Source: Raillietiella orientalis
Taxonomy: Eukaryota
Length of the DNA stretch: 64,000 bases
Assembly: GCA_036172245.1 (NCBI GenBank)
Contig: JAYWIR010000045.1
Location: forward strand, 1,054,001-1,118,000
Direction: 5' to 3'
In this document: positions 1-12,299 of the stretch, piece by piece
Numbering within the stretch: position 1 is the first letter of the stretch
Layout of the letters: the number at the start of each line of letters is the position of its first letter
Position numbers and translations under genes: made by a program
The notes under the pieces: model-generated
The model's database searches: none
Seen by the model: the letters and a program-made list of their open reading frames with translations, nothing else
Told to the model about the DNA's origin: nothing

Positions 1-149
1 CGGATCTGGGAAAGCGAAATTTTTGTCTCTGCGGAGTCTGAGCGGGTGCTTCTTAGTCTGAAACGGTTTGCTACCTGGGAAGATGGAGTCTTGCAGCGTC
101 ATGGTGCCATCCCTCACTTCCAGTGGTATGGCAATCACATCTGCTTTTC

Positions 150-900
150 GCATAGTTAAGTGACCACTCAGAAGAGATCGCCATGAATTACATCTTCGAT
201 TCCATTAGGACAAAAGAGTGCCTCGTTGAGTTCTTCCTGTCCTCTCTGAGCTGCAAAAGCTTTTTTTTTTCTTTTTTTTGGAGGATGATTCGTCAGATTC
301 ACCACATGGACCCTTGGAGAAACGGAATTCTGCACTGGGGTTGGCAGTGCAACCAATGCAGACACCTGGTTTCCGGGGTTGAATAAACGGGGTTATGTCT
401 CCAGGACCCGCCCTGAAGGATATCTGGCGGAGACTAGCTTCGGCGCTCTGTCATCCGAAGGGCACTGCTGTGGACCTGCTGCGGAGATTCTTCGCGAGAG
501 ATGGAAGCATCCGCCATCCGACAGGCGCCGTGATCGCCGCAATGTGCTGCATCTGCGCCATGGCCACAGCCCTCCGTGTGCTGGAGTCTCGGGTGCAGCT
601 AAAGGAGGCTGGCTACCCGCATGTCAGCCGCCTTCGTGAGCACGAGCTGCGAGGTGGCCTTACTTGGAGCAAGAAGTCTCTAGGGAGGCCGCCACCATTC
701 AGCGTAGTTTTTAGGGAGCAAACAGTGATTTAAACCAATCCTCACCCTTTTTTTTTGCCTGTTGTTTATTTGTTTCTATCCCGCTCAAAACCAGGCCTGA
801 GTGCCGGTATACATTCACGCCCACGAACTTCCTTTTGTTGTTTATCCGGAAGTGAGTTCCCAACTCTTTTGTTTATTTTCCTCCGTCTGAAAGCGAAGAG
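150..900 (+). mobile_element. L1/Tx1-like LINE, 3'-terminal ORF2 fragment plus T-rich 3'UTR (subfamily A), decayed
   Basis: ORFs 183-386 and 395-733 read ILHWGWQCNQCRHLVSG and IWRRLASAL...LLRRFF...VIAAMCCICAMATA...SRLRE. These are homologous to the 28.8-29.7 kb ORF (LHWGLRYNERRHRVSG...LWRRLAAAL...VLRRFF). The CCHC segment is missing and no terminal hairpin motif was seen. Confidence 0.75.
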
Positions 901-3899
901 TTGGCTTTGTTTCCGTCGAAGCAGCCGACCCACGCCACTCGACCCGCGCCACGCTTAAAGCCCTAGGCGGAGTCAGGGCTGCATTAGGTTCCCTGTACTC
1001 GTGGAATAGTAACCAAACTGTTTGGAAAACAAAGGGCGGAGGGAGAAGCAAAGAGAAAAAGAAACCAAATCGATGATACCATAGCAGCTGCTAGTCAGTC
1101 TGGAAGTAGACTGATGACGTTCAACGGACTGCAGTTGCACTGCTTCGTGCGTACGTCGTCTTCCTTATTTTGCTTTTTTTGTTTGTGTTCTCGTCGCACC
1201 ATCCTGGTACCCGAACATTTCCAAGATCAGTATCAGGAAGAGAGAACAAATAGATCGTCAGAGAGCATTCATATAGGAACAAAGAGCTGCGCGCGTTTTC
1301 GAAGGAAAAAAGTCATGGAGGTTGCCGTCGCTAATTAGTGGGTTGTGAAGCTCATGCCTTTATTCAATGAAATGTACACGGTCCTCAGAAATGAATACAC
1401 TTCTCAGCAGCACGGCCCATAACAAGGACTCAGAATTCACGCAAAAGCGTTATCTGTATTCGTATCTGAATTCAGGGATGCGAGTATTAGTACCTAATCA
1501 ATAATGTTGTACAGTGGAGAGAACGTCGTGTACAGTAACATGAAAATGCATCGCCTTGCTTTTGGGGTGCACTGCCATTCGTCGATTCGAAACAGCATTC
1601 TATCAGGACGTTGTATGATGAAAAGGGAGGAGGTTCACTTTCTGTACACCCTGCGCTAATCTGTATTAATGAGTGTATCCGCAGTTATTGCGAGAGATGA
1701 CACTAATGAATGCAGCTGATTAACTGACGCGAGCAACACGATGTGTTCAAGATCCCGTTTCGAAAGCGGCACCTATTTTATAGGCGTGCTTCGAGGAAGC
1801 ACACGAGCATGCATGTGTACAGTAGCAGATGCGTGCACGGATTCATCGGGAGAAGGAGAAACTGGGATGCAAAGATACGCCGGGACCAATCCCGGAAGTT
1901 CATCTCAATCGTCGCACAACCGATGTTAATTTACAGTCCACATCAGGAATTGTTTTTCCCCATAACTTATAAAAAGATAGACGTCGTTTTGTTCAAATGG
2001 ATGCTTTTAGTGCTTAAGGAGGTCTTTGGAAGGGAGATGGGTTTCCCTGCGAACTGTCCCCGCTCCGCTGGAGTAGCGCTAGGATCCGTGTGCCGATCAG
2101 TCGGGATTACGTGTTATGTGCACATCGGATAATTGTTATGGTTAGCCATATCCCGGCTCGAAGAGCGCCCAGTTGGCAGCAGGCGGTCGGGGTTGCTGCA
2201 GAGTCGCTCTTTCGTGCCATTTCAAGTGCTTGCTTGCCACACGTCTCTTTTCCCTCTTGCTCCAGAAGGTGTATCGATTCAACGAGTACTTCAAACAGAA
2301 AATCCGGAAATAGAGATCGATTTTCGAATTTGCCCCCATAATTCCCCACCCAGTCGAAAGAGAGCGTTCACCCGGAGTGCTACCTGGCGCGGATCGCTCG
2401 TAACGTTGGTTCCTGGCTCGTGGCAGCCATCTGAACGCGCGAGCGATGTCTTTCAGCCGCCACTCCTCCGCGTTCGTCCAGCGCGCTGTGGAAGGAGGGA
2501 TTACTGCATAGGTGTGCAGCTGGTAAGCGAGATGCGAGGAAGCAGTCGGCAATTCGTATCCACGCTCATCCTTCCTGAATGCTCCAGGCCACCCCTCCAC
2601 GCTCCAGGCGCCAGCCGAAAACAACCTCACCTCCGCGCACGGGCGCTTCAGCCGTGTCCTCGCCGTTTCCCGGATCCTACGACGTGGATTTTCGATCTCC
2701 CTATGTGTCACGCATTCTGTGCCGTGGCCCCCATTCGAAATTCCTAGGTGCTGATTAACTGAATGGACCGAAGACAGGGATGTGGAAGACGTAGGAAGGG
2801 AAACAGGGGATAGTTGAGAGGTTCAGAAAAAGTTTCGAGACGTCATAAACAATCAAAGATGGGTGCTGCCAGCGTGCCCGCGCGTTCCGGTTTTCCTCTT
2901 CTCAGTGCACTATTGCCATGGCCCACAGCGGCGGTTTCAGCGTGACCTACGCAGGCCTTCATCTTCAACGAAAGAGAGAAAGGTTCCTGGAAGACATTCC
3001 TGGAAGCTCCCATCTATCCGTATCGTTTTAAAAATCAGGATTGATTCTGCACAAATCAATCTGCTCGGAGCTTGGGGGGAGTTATCTGCTCTACGCGAAG
3101 GAAGAGGGTTCATTCATCAACCACATCCAGTAATCTGCATCATTGCCGGTGAACAGCACCGATGAAACGAAAGCAAAAAAAAGGCGATTGCAGCCGGTGG
3201 GAATCTTTCGGAGACACGTCTACCAGACAGTGGTGAGGTGCACCCTTTGAATCCTCGCTGAACACCCGACCTAGGGCACGAGAGGACACTCGACCCATCG
3301 GCCGAGCATCCATTCCAGAACATCCTTCCACGGAAAAACTATCTTTCCGGGAAATAAACGCGTTCCAGAATTCAGAGCGGAAGTGCATCAAGATAGAGTT
3401 CCAGAAAAGTTGATTGGGATGGGTTGCTGATGATTCATATATGAGGGAACTGGAGAGAATTCAAAGCTATGGGGGAGAGAAGCAAAACGTAGATTCAAAG
3501 AGGAGAGAGGGAATTTAACGGTTCATTAAGTAAACGAGTGATTCGAAAGAACTTGGAAGCTGCAAAAAAAAAGAAAAGACAAGTCCACGCACAATCTGAT
3601 CTTTCAGCAGGAGGAAGCACGGGAATGTTCGATCGATTGCACCCTGCTTTTTCCTTCCTCCAGCCGTCCTTCGTGCTCACTGCTAAACGTAGCCAACACC
3701 TACCGCAGCACGGCACTCCTAACCACTCGAGGCTCGCTTCGAACTACGATGCGCTGTTCGTTCCATCAGTTCACCCTTTGGGGGAGCGGGATCTCAGGGA
3801 TTCACACGCTCAGTCCACGTTTCGTCCGCCGCAAGTCGGTGGCGCGTAGGGGCTCTCTCTCTTGAGAGAGATGGCGCCGCCGTCAGCAAGAACCGCTCA

Positions 3900-5300
3900 A
3901 GGGCCGCCGAAACCATCTTTTCCGCAAATCCCAAGAAAGCTCACTATACGACTCCGGAAAATGGGGTGTTCGGAAGACGCCAGCACCAAATTAGAAACCG
4001 TCAGATCCACGTGCTCCGAAATGGCGCATGCAAGTACCCTACGAGCTTTCTTTTGTTCGAAGAAAAGGCTGACCTTAGCCACACGGCCACCAGTGAGGGT
4101 CGTGTGTCTATAGTCTCCGCATGTGGCAACAAGCGTTGTGATTTTCGAGCCCCCTGGGGGAGAATGGGTGCGTCGTCGATTCCGAGTTTCCCCCTGCAGG
4201 ATGGTGCTGGTGGGTACCAAGCTTCGCAGGTTCGAATCCCGCCTAGGGAGGGATCGGCGCCGAGAAGGAAAATGCATCATCAGTTCCGAGTTCCCCCCAC
4301 AAGATGGCGCTAGTCGGCCTGTATGCTTCGGGTGTGGCACTGATGGAAGCCGGGAACCGGATGCCCCTGTTGACTGGAGCCGGGATTGGAAGCTGAGCCT
4401 CCGAGATCCTTTCAGGAACCAAGGAATCAGTTCCCCATAGGATTCTCCTCCGGTTGTGAAGATGGAGTCGTCCCCTTCCTTCCATATGGTGGACCCTCCA
4501 TCCCGTACCACTGAGCTGGTGGATAGATACCTCCTCAGAGTGTCAAGAAGTGCGCTGCTCTTTTTGGGGAGCGTTCTACAAAGAAATTGGGAAGCATCCC
4601 TCCGGGGTTCCCTTCAGAGGAGAAAAGAAGGAGTAGTACCCTTGCGGTTCCCTCCGGAGAAGAAATTCCAGGAACAGCCTCCTCTGGAAAACCCCTCCGG
4701 AAAGAATGATGAAGAGGTTTTCTTCGGGGTTCCTTCCTAAGCGTGAGAAGCACGGGCTCTCTTCCTTCGGAGTCTTCCTGGGTTCATAAGGTGGTCCCTC
4801 CCGGAGTACCCCCTATAACTTGAAGAGTCACACGCACCCTCGGGGAGCGTGAGAAGCGTCGAAAGAACTTCGTTGGACCCATCCCCTGAGGAAGCAAACG
4901 GTTCTTTAGCACTTTGCGGACCAAAAAAAGAAAGAGGGGGCGGTGAGCACGAGTCTAGAGAAGCCCCGAATTCTGTCCTTGCCTTCCTGGTAATAAGAGG
5001 CAGCGCCACAAGCGCTGGAGGGGTAAAGCTGTTTGCACTTCCCTTGCAGCGATGGAGGCTCTACGACGTCTTAGCTCAAAGTGGACCCCTGAATATTGAA
5101 CCAGGCGGCACCGCACGGAAGCCGCAGAGAGGGTCAGGGTTTCCTAGACTCCAGACACGCAAACGGCGTCCAGAGCGTTTGCGTCCAAGAACGGCACGGC
5201 TCAGCATCGGGCGCAGACTGCTCAAACAACGAGCGAGATGCCAGGAAGAGGAGGAGCACGCTGGCGACGAGGCAACCCAAGGACGGAAGCCGACCCGCGC
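3900..5300 (+). mobile_element. Possible APE-endonuclease remnant of a LINE, interrupted by the SINE at 4190-4929
   Basis: EGRVSIV...DFRAP before the SINE resembles GR...NxYAP. WRLYDVL...P...T...FPRL after it resembles LxDxW...T...SRLD. Very degenerate. Confidence 0.3.
4190..4929 (+). mobile_element. tRNA-derived SINE, ~750 bp, copy 1
   Basis: Pol III B-box GGTTCGAATCCC at 4229-4240. The body is collinear with the reverse complement of 10963-11715 (caagatg..gct, gatggaagccgg..atgcccc, ccgggattggaag, ggggttc.cttcagagga, cttgaagagt..acgcaccctc, cccatcccct..gagga). Ends in an A-run at 4923-4929. Confidence 0.75.
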
Positions 5301-5899
5301 GGATCGAGCCGCTCTTCCCCTTCATCCGACGAACTTATGTAACCTTTACCGAAGAGGGTGCAGTTCCATAGATCACCCTGAAGCGGAAGCGGATCGTGGC
5401 TGACAACGGCCGGCGCTCATGCCAAACAAAGGACATAGTCCTCTGCAACTGAGAAGAGAGAGGAGGGGGATATCCGATGGAGAGCTGGCCTCTCAGGGAC
5501 ACGAAGGATCGCTGCTCCCAAGTAGCAGCAGCGGTGGCGGCGGCGCGATCGCCCTCCGCCTTTCTCAAATAACGGCGAGATAAAACTCGCGTAGGAAAAC
5601 AAGGATAACACTGTCCTCTGCCTTCCGTGAGGACGGGAACCTCTCCCCGCCTCCGCTCCTCCGTAGAATGTTTACACGTTCGCACTTTCATCCTGACTGG
5701 AGAGATCGCTCGCGGAATCGCGCGACGCGCTCTCGTATCCCATCCCCAGCGTCTGCTCTCCTCGGCCATTTGTCTTTCCGAAACGCCGAGATCCCGTCGG
5801 CGGAATAGAATAAATTAACCGAGGATTCTGTATCTAAAAAAGGAGGAGGATCATCGCTGTTTGTGCGATCTCATTATAGAGATGGGAAACGGAGAAAAA

Positions 5900-7500
5900 T
5901 TTTTTGAGATCTGATTTGCTCCTGAGTTTGCCTGCGCCCGGATCCCTTTTGGCGCGGAGCGCGGACAGCCGAGCAAGGAGAACGAGCACGTGGTGCAAGG
6001 ACGCATCGTGCTCGCGAGATGCAGTCTGATCCGCGCAAGGATGCACTCCATCCGTACGAGGAAGGGACGAAAACAACCGGCGACCTTCGCTCCGGGGTGG
6101 ATGCTTGGCGGACGCGCGGGAACTTTTCCTTCCCTCCGCAACAAGGAGGATGCGGATGATGCGGTTCCCATGGGAGCAACGATTGGAATCCGCAGACAGC
6201 ACGCGGGGTCGTAAAGACCGCAGGAGCATTTGGGGAATTACCAACGATACGAATCCGTGCAGCATCCTCAACACCCCAAAGGACACGGAAGCCAACCCGC
6301 CTCACCAGCGTTCCTCAGAAAGGAATGCACACGCACGTGTTCTGCGCCTCTCCCAGGATTTGCGTAGCACTGCGGCGTAGAACAGAACACAGGATTGGAT
6401 GATCTCTAATAGAACACTATTAGATCCACTTAAGTACGATACAATCAGCATTATTGTATTGATCAGCTACTATTAGATCTGATCTACTAGATCGGAAAAG
6501 CAAATGGCCGATTGCATCGTAGAGGAGTAGAGAAGGTCAGCAAGGTCGGTCCACGGCGCAAGGCAAGTTGACCATATTGGTGAGCCGCGAGTGACTTTAA
6601 CGGGGGAAAACATGCTGACCGGAACGCTCAACTGAGCAGCTTTCAGCTCGAAGAAGGATGACCATTTCTGGCAGAGAGCAGGCGTCTCTTGCGCCCACAA
6701 GTGCTCCTCAGCAGCGTGACGTGGGGAAGGGAAGAGAAGGGAGGACGAGTATCCAGGATCGAGTCCCAGCTTTGCGTCCAAAGCAGCGCCCGCCTAGGGA
6801 AACTGTGGGATACTGCGATCCGAGAAAGCATGCAGTTTGGAGGGAACCAGAGATCCAGGAAGCAGACGGAGGACACACAGGAAAGAAATTGTGGGCTCGA
6901 GCGCGAGTGTTCCTGAGATATTCACTAGGATCTTCGGGCTTTTCCGCTTTAGAAGAACCTTAGAAAAGCGAAGGAAGTTCGAGAAGATCGGGGAAGGTCA
7001 TGCCTTGAGAGGCGAGGCGGAAGCGTTGCGCTCCGGCACGCTGCCTCTCTAGCCGAGAGGACACGCCCGGTTTCGGTGACTACAGGTCACCTGCATGAGG
7101 AGGCGCGACTCGGCCTCTCCGGCTGCACGGGTTGCCCGCTACCCCCGGGCTGGCTGCGTTGGAGGTTTGCGGCGCGGGAGGAACCACTCGTGCGCATCCC
7201 GAAATGCGGGCATTCAGCATCCTCACCCAACTTCGCGTTTCGCGGAAGCACAGCGAGGCTCACATCCGTACCCGGAAGGCAACTCTGCAGGGTCGGGAGG
7301 AGTTCTGTGCCCTGCAGCCATCCCGTACCTCGCGCCCACCCATATCTCGTGCTTGAGTTGGAGCTGCAGAGAGCGCGGCGCGAGTTGCCGCTCCGGACGC
7401 AGCCTCCGCCTTGGAGCCGCTGCTCAGCGGCTCAGGAGGAGTGCAGGCAAAGGGAAGAAAGGCAGCTGATGCTCCACCCTCGGTCGATGAGAGTGTCCCG
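5900..7500 (+). mobile_element. Highly decayed LINE ORF2 remnant (endonuclease-like start)
   Basis: VQGRIVLARC and PGWMLGG (ORF 5990-6214) resemble the APE GR... and xxGGDFN motifs. The downstream extent is a guess. Confidence 0.3.
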
Positions 7501-8089
7501 TCTCAGTATTCTCGGGATCTCTTAGCCCGGGGAACGGCGGGGTGAGGGAGGACAACGGTAAGAGAGATCCGGCGGCGCAGGGAGGAGAAGCGCATCACCA
7601 GGAAGGGGCCGGTGCGTTCCGCTCTCGAAGCAGCGCCATTGCGTGACCTGTTTCCAGGGAGCCTCTCTTCGGCTGAAGCATCGGCCGCGAGTGCAGGGAC
7701 CTCGTGTGACCTTGTAGCCACGCGACAGAGGGCTCCTCTTTCGGTCGCTCGAGGCAACGGGTGAGAGAACGGTGGAAACGATGGTAGATCCCCCCCTCCA
7801 CACATCCCGCGGAGCCACCCTCCCCCTCTTGGTCAGTACAAAATTTGGGGGACAAAGAAAGCTGAGCTGCCCCACAAGGAAAGTGCGACTTGATGCAACG
7901 AAGGCGACGGGCTGGGCTGGCGTCGACGGCGTTTTTCAAGCGCAAAGCTTGCAGCTTACCGCTTTCACAGTTCATAGGAAGGGAGAGGGGGAGGGAAGGA
8001 GCGAGGGGGTGCAAGGTCCCTCTTTCTCTTCTTCTTAAGCACATTTCTTCGCATCTCCCTCTTCTTCGGGAAGACTGTGGGCCCCCAAA

Positions 8090-8300
8090 GGGCGTCATGA
8101 CGGACCACGTGATCAATTGGCACGTGAGCACTCGGAAATTCATTTGGAGAACGCCCGCTGAGGTCGCGACACGGCGTAGCACCCAGTTAATCCGCGGGAA
8201 GTCGGAGGCGGCGGCGGCTCTCGAGGCGTGCGACCCAGCGCTCTTAGGTAATGCGTCCAAGCGGAAGGCAACAAATCCAGCCAGCACTCCCAAACTCCGA
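8090..8300 (+). mobile_element. L1/Tx1-like ORF2 post-RT fragment
   Basis: RKFIW...RRSTQLIRGKSEAAAALEACDP...ASKRK matches the FIW...L..PK..GGLG..D segment. Confidence 0.45.
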
Positions 8301-8899
8301 TTGCTCCAGAGGGGAGCGGCTCCCTTGGTCGATAAATTCGATCCCGAGCAGGCGAACCCTCGGCGGAGATCTGGAGTGACCGCCCTTCTCCCCTTCTCAG
8401 CTCAATCTGAGGTCGCATCTCCGGAACCCCAGATTTTCGCCGTAGCTGCATCGGGACCGGGGAAATCGAGTCTACCCCCCCGATAAAGAGATGCACAAGA
8501 TACATCCGAACCCCAAACAGTTATCTAAGACAAGAGGGGGGCAGAGGATGAAAAGAGGGATTCAGATGGGATAAAAAATGGCCGTTATCAGATGTGTCAA
8601 GGAGATGCATGTAAAGTCCTCAAGAAACCAATTGTGGACATTAAGGAGGATGCAGTTGTGACGAATGGCTCTTGGCCGGGAGCGCGGGGAAGGAAAGGCG
8701 ATCTCCACTCAAGCGGCTTCATTCCTCTTCGTCCGCGGTGTTTCCGGATGAAATCTGTTGGCTGGAGCCGCGGAAGGCTCTCCGAGAGGCCGAGGGGCAA
8801 GTACAGGGAAGAAAAAGACCATCTGCGATCGCGAACCCCCGCTGCAGCGAACCGGAAGCCGGCTCAAGACTTGGAGGCAGGAAGAACGCCGCCTGGCCT

Positions 8900-10050
8900 T
8901 TGCGCTGCCACAGAGATCCCTCCGCAGCCTCGGATCTCCACCGCGACCTCACTCAGGAGTGGTTATATTCCCGATTTCGGGCTAGGAGCACCGACCCGGA
9001 TTGCTCCGGATATCCAACGGCCGCCGTTGTCGGCACGGCCGTGGAAAACAGGAAGCGGGCGTGGAACTTTTGAGAAACACTGCCCCGCCCTCGGGCGTAG
9101 AGCGACTCGTGCCGAATGAGAAAGGGGTGGAAGGCCCCTCCCAAGAGTTTACCTGGAAATCAGGGAGCTCCGAATTCCCCGAAAGCATCCGCAGAGCTTA
9201 AGGGACCGAAGTCGACCCCCAGGGAGGTGAGGTCATCCGCAACAACGAGACGGAGAGGAATCCTCAAAGGCGCACCCTTGCCACCCTCCCGAATAGCAAT
9301 CACCCACTCCCGCTGAGCCCGCTCTCCGGAGATGCCCGCCCCCGAGAGTTCTTTCCGTGTCGCGCTGCCGAAAACCCTCAGGCCCCCCATCCCCACCTCA
9401 CTTCAGGCGCACAGCACCACGCTGCACCTTCCGAAGTTTGGTGACGAAAAACCCGCGGGGGATCCTGGCATTTCGTCGGCGAGGAAGGGGAGGGGCGGCG
9501 GGTGAAGCCCATCGCAGGGACCAGGTAGTGGGTCGCCAGCTACCGCTGTCGTAGCGCTGTGCTCTCTATGCGGAGCCTTCGCCTCTGGGAAGGATGCCGA
9601 GAGAGGGAGGTTCAACAGGGGAGCCGCTACCCGGTTCCTGTGGGTTGCGACGAGGTGGAGCCACGTGAGCAGCTGCCAAGAGGAGCTCGAAGGATGCAAA
9701 GGACCACATATCGCGGGATGTGATCCCTCTTTCCTCTCCCTCCAATTCGACCAGGCTGTTTTTTTTGTTTTTCTTTCGCTTCCCAACCCTTCCGTTATGC
9801 TGTGGATCTCGTCAGCGCATCTCAGTGGATGGTCTGACCTGGCGTCGCGCATATTCCGACCGACTCCTGGCTGTCTCAACCGGATGGAAAACCGGATCGT
9901 GGGGGAGTCAAGGCGCAGGGTTGCCGCTGTTGCGACGGGGTCGCGATCTTCACCCAAGCTGCGATCCCGTGGGACTTCGCGTATCGGCGCCTGCTGGCCT
10001 CCTGATGCAGGTGGAAGAGCTGCAAGGCGGCCGAACGCACAGTGAACATC
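8900..10050 (+). mobile_element. Decayed L1/Tx1-like reverse transcriptase region
   Basis: Motifs occur in order across frames: DIQRPPLS (~NYRPISL, ~9010), EFPESIRR (~GFP..FI, ~9170), RRGILKGAPLPP (~RGIRQGCPLSP, ~9250), LPKFGDE (~LFADD, ~9435) and a GGLG-like segment at ~9990. Confidence 0.6.
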
Positions 10051-10289
10051 AGACGAACGGACCTCCAGTCGCGGAGAAGGATGGGTCAAAGCCGAAAATC
10101 CAAGGGGGGAAAAGGAGCAAGGTCTGTTCTGCTTTCGAATTGGGAGCGGGATGAATGAGCCAAGAAGCGACGAGGATCTCAAGCTTCCAGCTTCCCCCCC
10201 CCCCTTTATCAAAATCGGATGGATTGACCCTTAGAAAACCGAGGAAGTTCTCATCTAAGCCACTTAGACGCAGAAGAACGGTCATCGTG

Positions 10290-10740
10290 CGAGGGTAGCC
10301 TTCGGACTTCTGCGGGCATTTCTGAGAAAGCTTGCGAACAGCATCCATGAGGCGCGGGTTTCGATTTTAGTACATATACAGCCGAAGCGTGTACATGTAC
10401 TGGTTGCAAGGGAGCCGCCAGTCAGAGCTGTGCGACCCGCAGCGGAAGCACCGACGAGTTGCTGACAGGTGAGGAAGGCGCTGCCACGAGACCTCAAGGG
10501 GTGACCTCGTGAATCCGGGATCTCAGGACTTTGGCACCAAGGGAAACTGCGGCGTGCAAAGCGCCGACAGAGATCAGTGTCTCCTCCCGGAGGGAGATGA
10601 CGAATCGGAACTCCTGGAGGAAACCGATGCCGGTGGACGCTAGCAGAATACGGTCCTGCAGAAGATCGCTGGACGCCAATCGTTGACCCCTCCCTGGATC
10701 GGGACTTGACCGATCCCTGCACGCGGTTCACAAGACGGGA
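10290..10740 (-). mobile_element. N-terminal APE-endonuclease remnant of a LINE
   Basis: NRVQG (~NVxG) followed by GIGFLQEFRF (~DIxFLQET) in ORFs 10282-10731 and 10494-10679. Confidence 0.4.
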
Positions 10741-10962
10741 CGGGGCAGCCTCATGGGAGGTGCGCGACAGTTGATTCTACGTCGTGTATTGAGCGTCCCG
10801 AAGACGAGCACGAGCGAGCAATCCCTCCCTGGTGGGGCGGATGCCGGGGTCGGAAGGAGACAGAAAGCGGACCAGCGAGCGAACCCTCCGAATTCCGTTC
10901 CGCCGAGCCGCAACCAACGCGTGGTGATGGAAACCCATCTGGGTTCTCCTGTCCCTTCCAGC

Positions 10963-11715
10963 TTTTTTTTTTTTTCACTCTCCACGGAGTACTAATGAAC
11001 CGTTCGCCTCCTCAGAGGGGATGGGAGCTCATGAAGCTCTTTGACCCTGTCCGCACCACCGGAGGGTGCGTATCAACTCTTCAAGCTATGGAGGTGCTCT
11101 GGAAAGGGACCATCCCACGAATCCAGAAAGCTCCGGAGCAAGGAGTCCGTTCCTCTCGCGCTCGGGAGGAAATCGCGAAGGGAATCCTCCACCCCTGGTC
11201 GTCTCCAAAGGGAATCTTCTTCCTTATTCTCTCTGGAGAGACCCCTTAAAGGGGGCTGCTCCTTTGTTTCTTCTCAAAAGGGAACCCGGAAAGGATCCGC
11301 TAGTAGGAATTTATTCTCCGGAGGGAACCCGCAAGGAAACCGCTCCCTGTTTCCTCCTCTGAAGAGAACCCCGAAGGGAGCAGCGAGCATCCTTTACATT
11401 CTGAAGAAGTATCAATCCAACAACTCCATGGTATGGGATGGACGGTTCCCTTTTCGCGACCGGAGGGGAACCCCGAAGGGCTCCTTGGTTCTCGAAAGGA
11501 CCCCGAGTGGCCAACTTCCAATCCCGGTCAGTCAGCGGGGCATCCGGCTTCCATCAAGGCCCACTCGAAGCCTACGGGACAACCAGCATCATCTTGATGG
11601 GAGTACTCGAAACCTACAACGCACCCGTACTTTTCGGCGATCCGTCCCCAGGTGGGATCGAACCCGAGGCGCCCCGTGCCACGCGTGGAAATCGCAGCCA
11701 CACAGCCTCCAGAGT
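10963..11715 (-). mobile_element. tRNA-derived SINE, ~750 bp, copy 2
   Basis: B-box GGGTTCGATCCC on the minus strand (11654-11665). Collinear homology to 4190-4929. A13 tail (T-run 10963-10975 on the plus strand). Confidence 0.75.
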
Positions 11716-12299
11716 GGGCCCAAAGAACCGCGTCATCTCATCCTTGTCACAATTCTCAGGAACGTGGACTGAGAAACGCAACCGGAGCTCCCGACCGGAG
11801 AATCCAACCCCCCATCTCGCGAAATGCATGGCAACCGTCTCTTTCACGTCCCCCCCCCCCCATCAGCAACTTTCTTCTTTCTTTTGCAACTGCAGTGTGA
11901 GAGACGTCTTTCAGCAGAGGGAACTAGAAGCGGGAGAAAAAGGAGTTGCGATCGACGCGATCATCTGCATGCCTCATGCCGCTGTGGAGGGAGAGAACGC
12001 GACGTCGCATCCACCGTCGGATGCGTCTCATGCGCCTCGTCGGCAGCGGAATCTCCCGTAGAGACGGTAAAAAGGGGGGTCCTTCCTCGCAGCACAGGGC
12101 TGCGAGTCGCCGCTACCACCGCACGGGGAGTGGCAGGAAGTGGGGAACGCAACACTCTGAAGTGCGAACACCGCGGAAGGAGGGAAATCCGATGTGGCCG
12201 TGCCGGCTCAGTCGCGGATCCGACCTTCGTGACTCCCCGGAAGGAACGTTCTCTCAAGCGGCCCCTGAAGATGTGAAAGAAGATGCGAAGTTTCGATTC

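Noticed and set aside
4190..4250. tRNA genes at the GTTCGA boxes (also ~11660, ~34585, ~51425)
   Set aside because: No complete cloverleaf could be built, and each box continues into the same repeat body, so these are SINE heads.
4880..4905. Hammerhead ribozyme core (CTGAGGA) in the SINE tail and near the subfamily B stop codon
   Set aside because: There is no stem II followed by GAAA in the required geometry.
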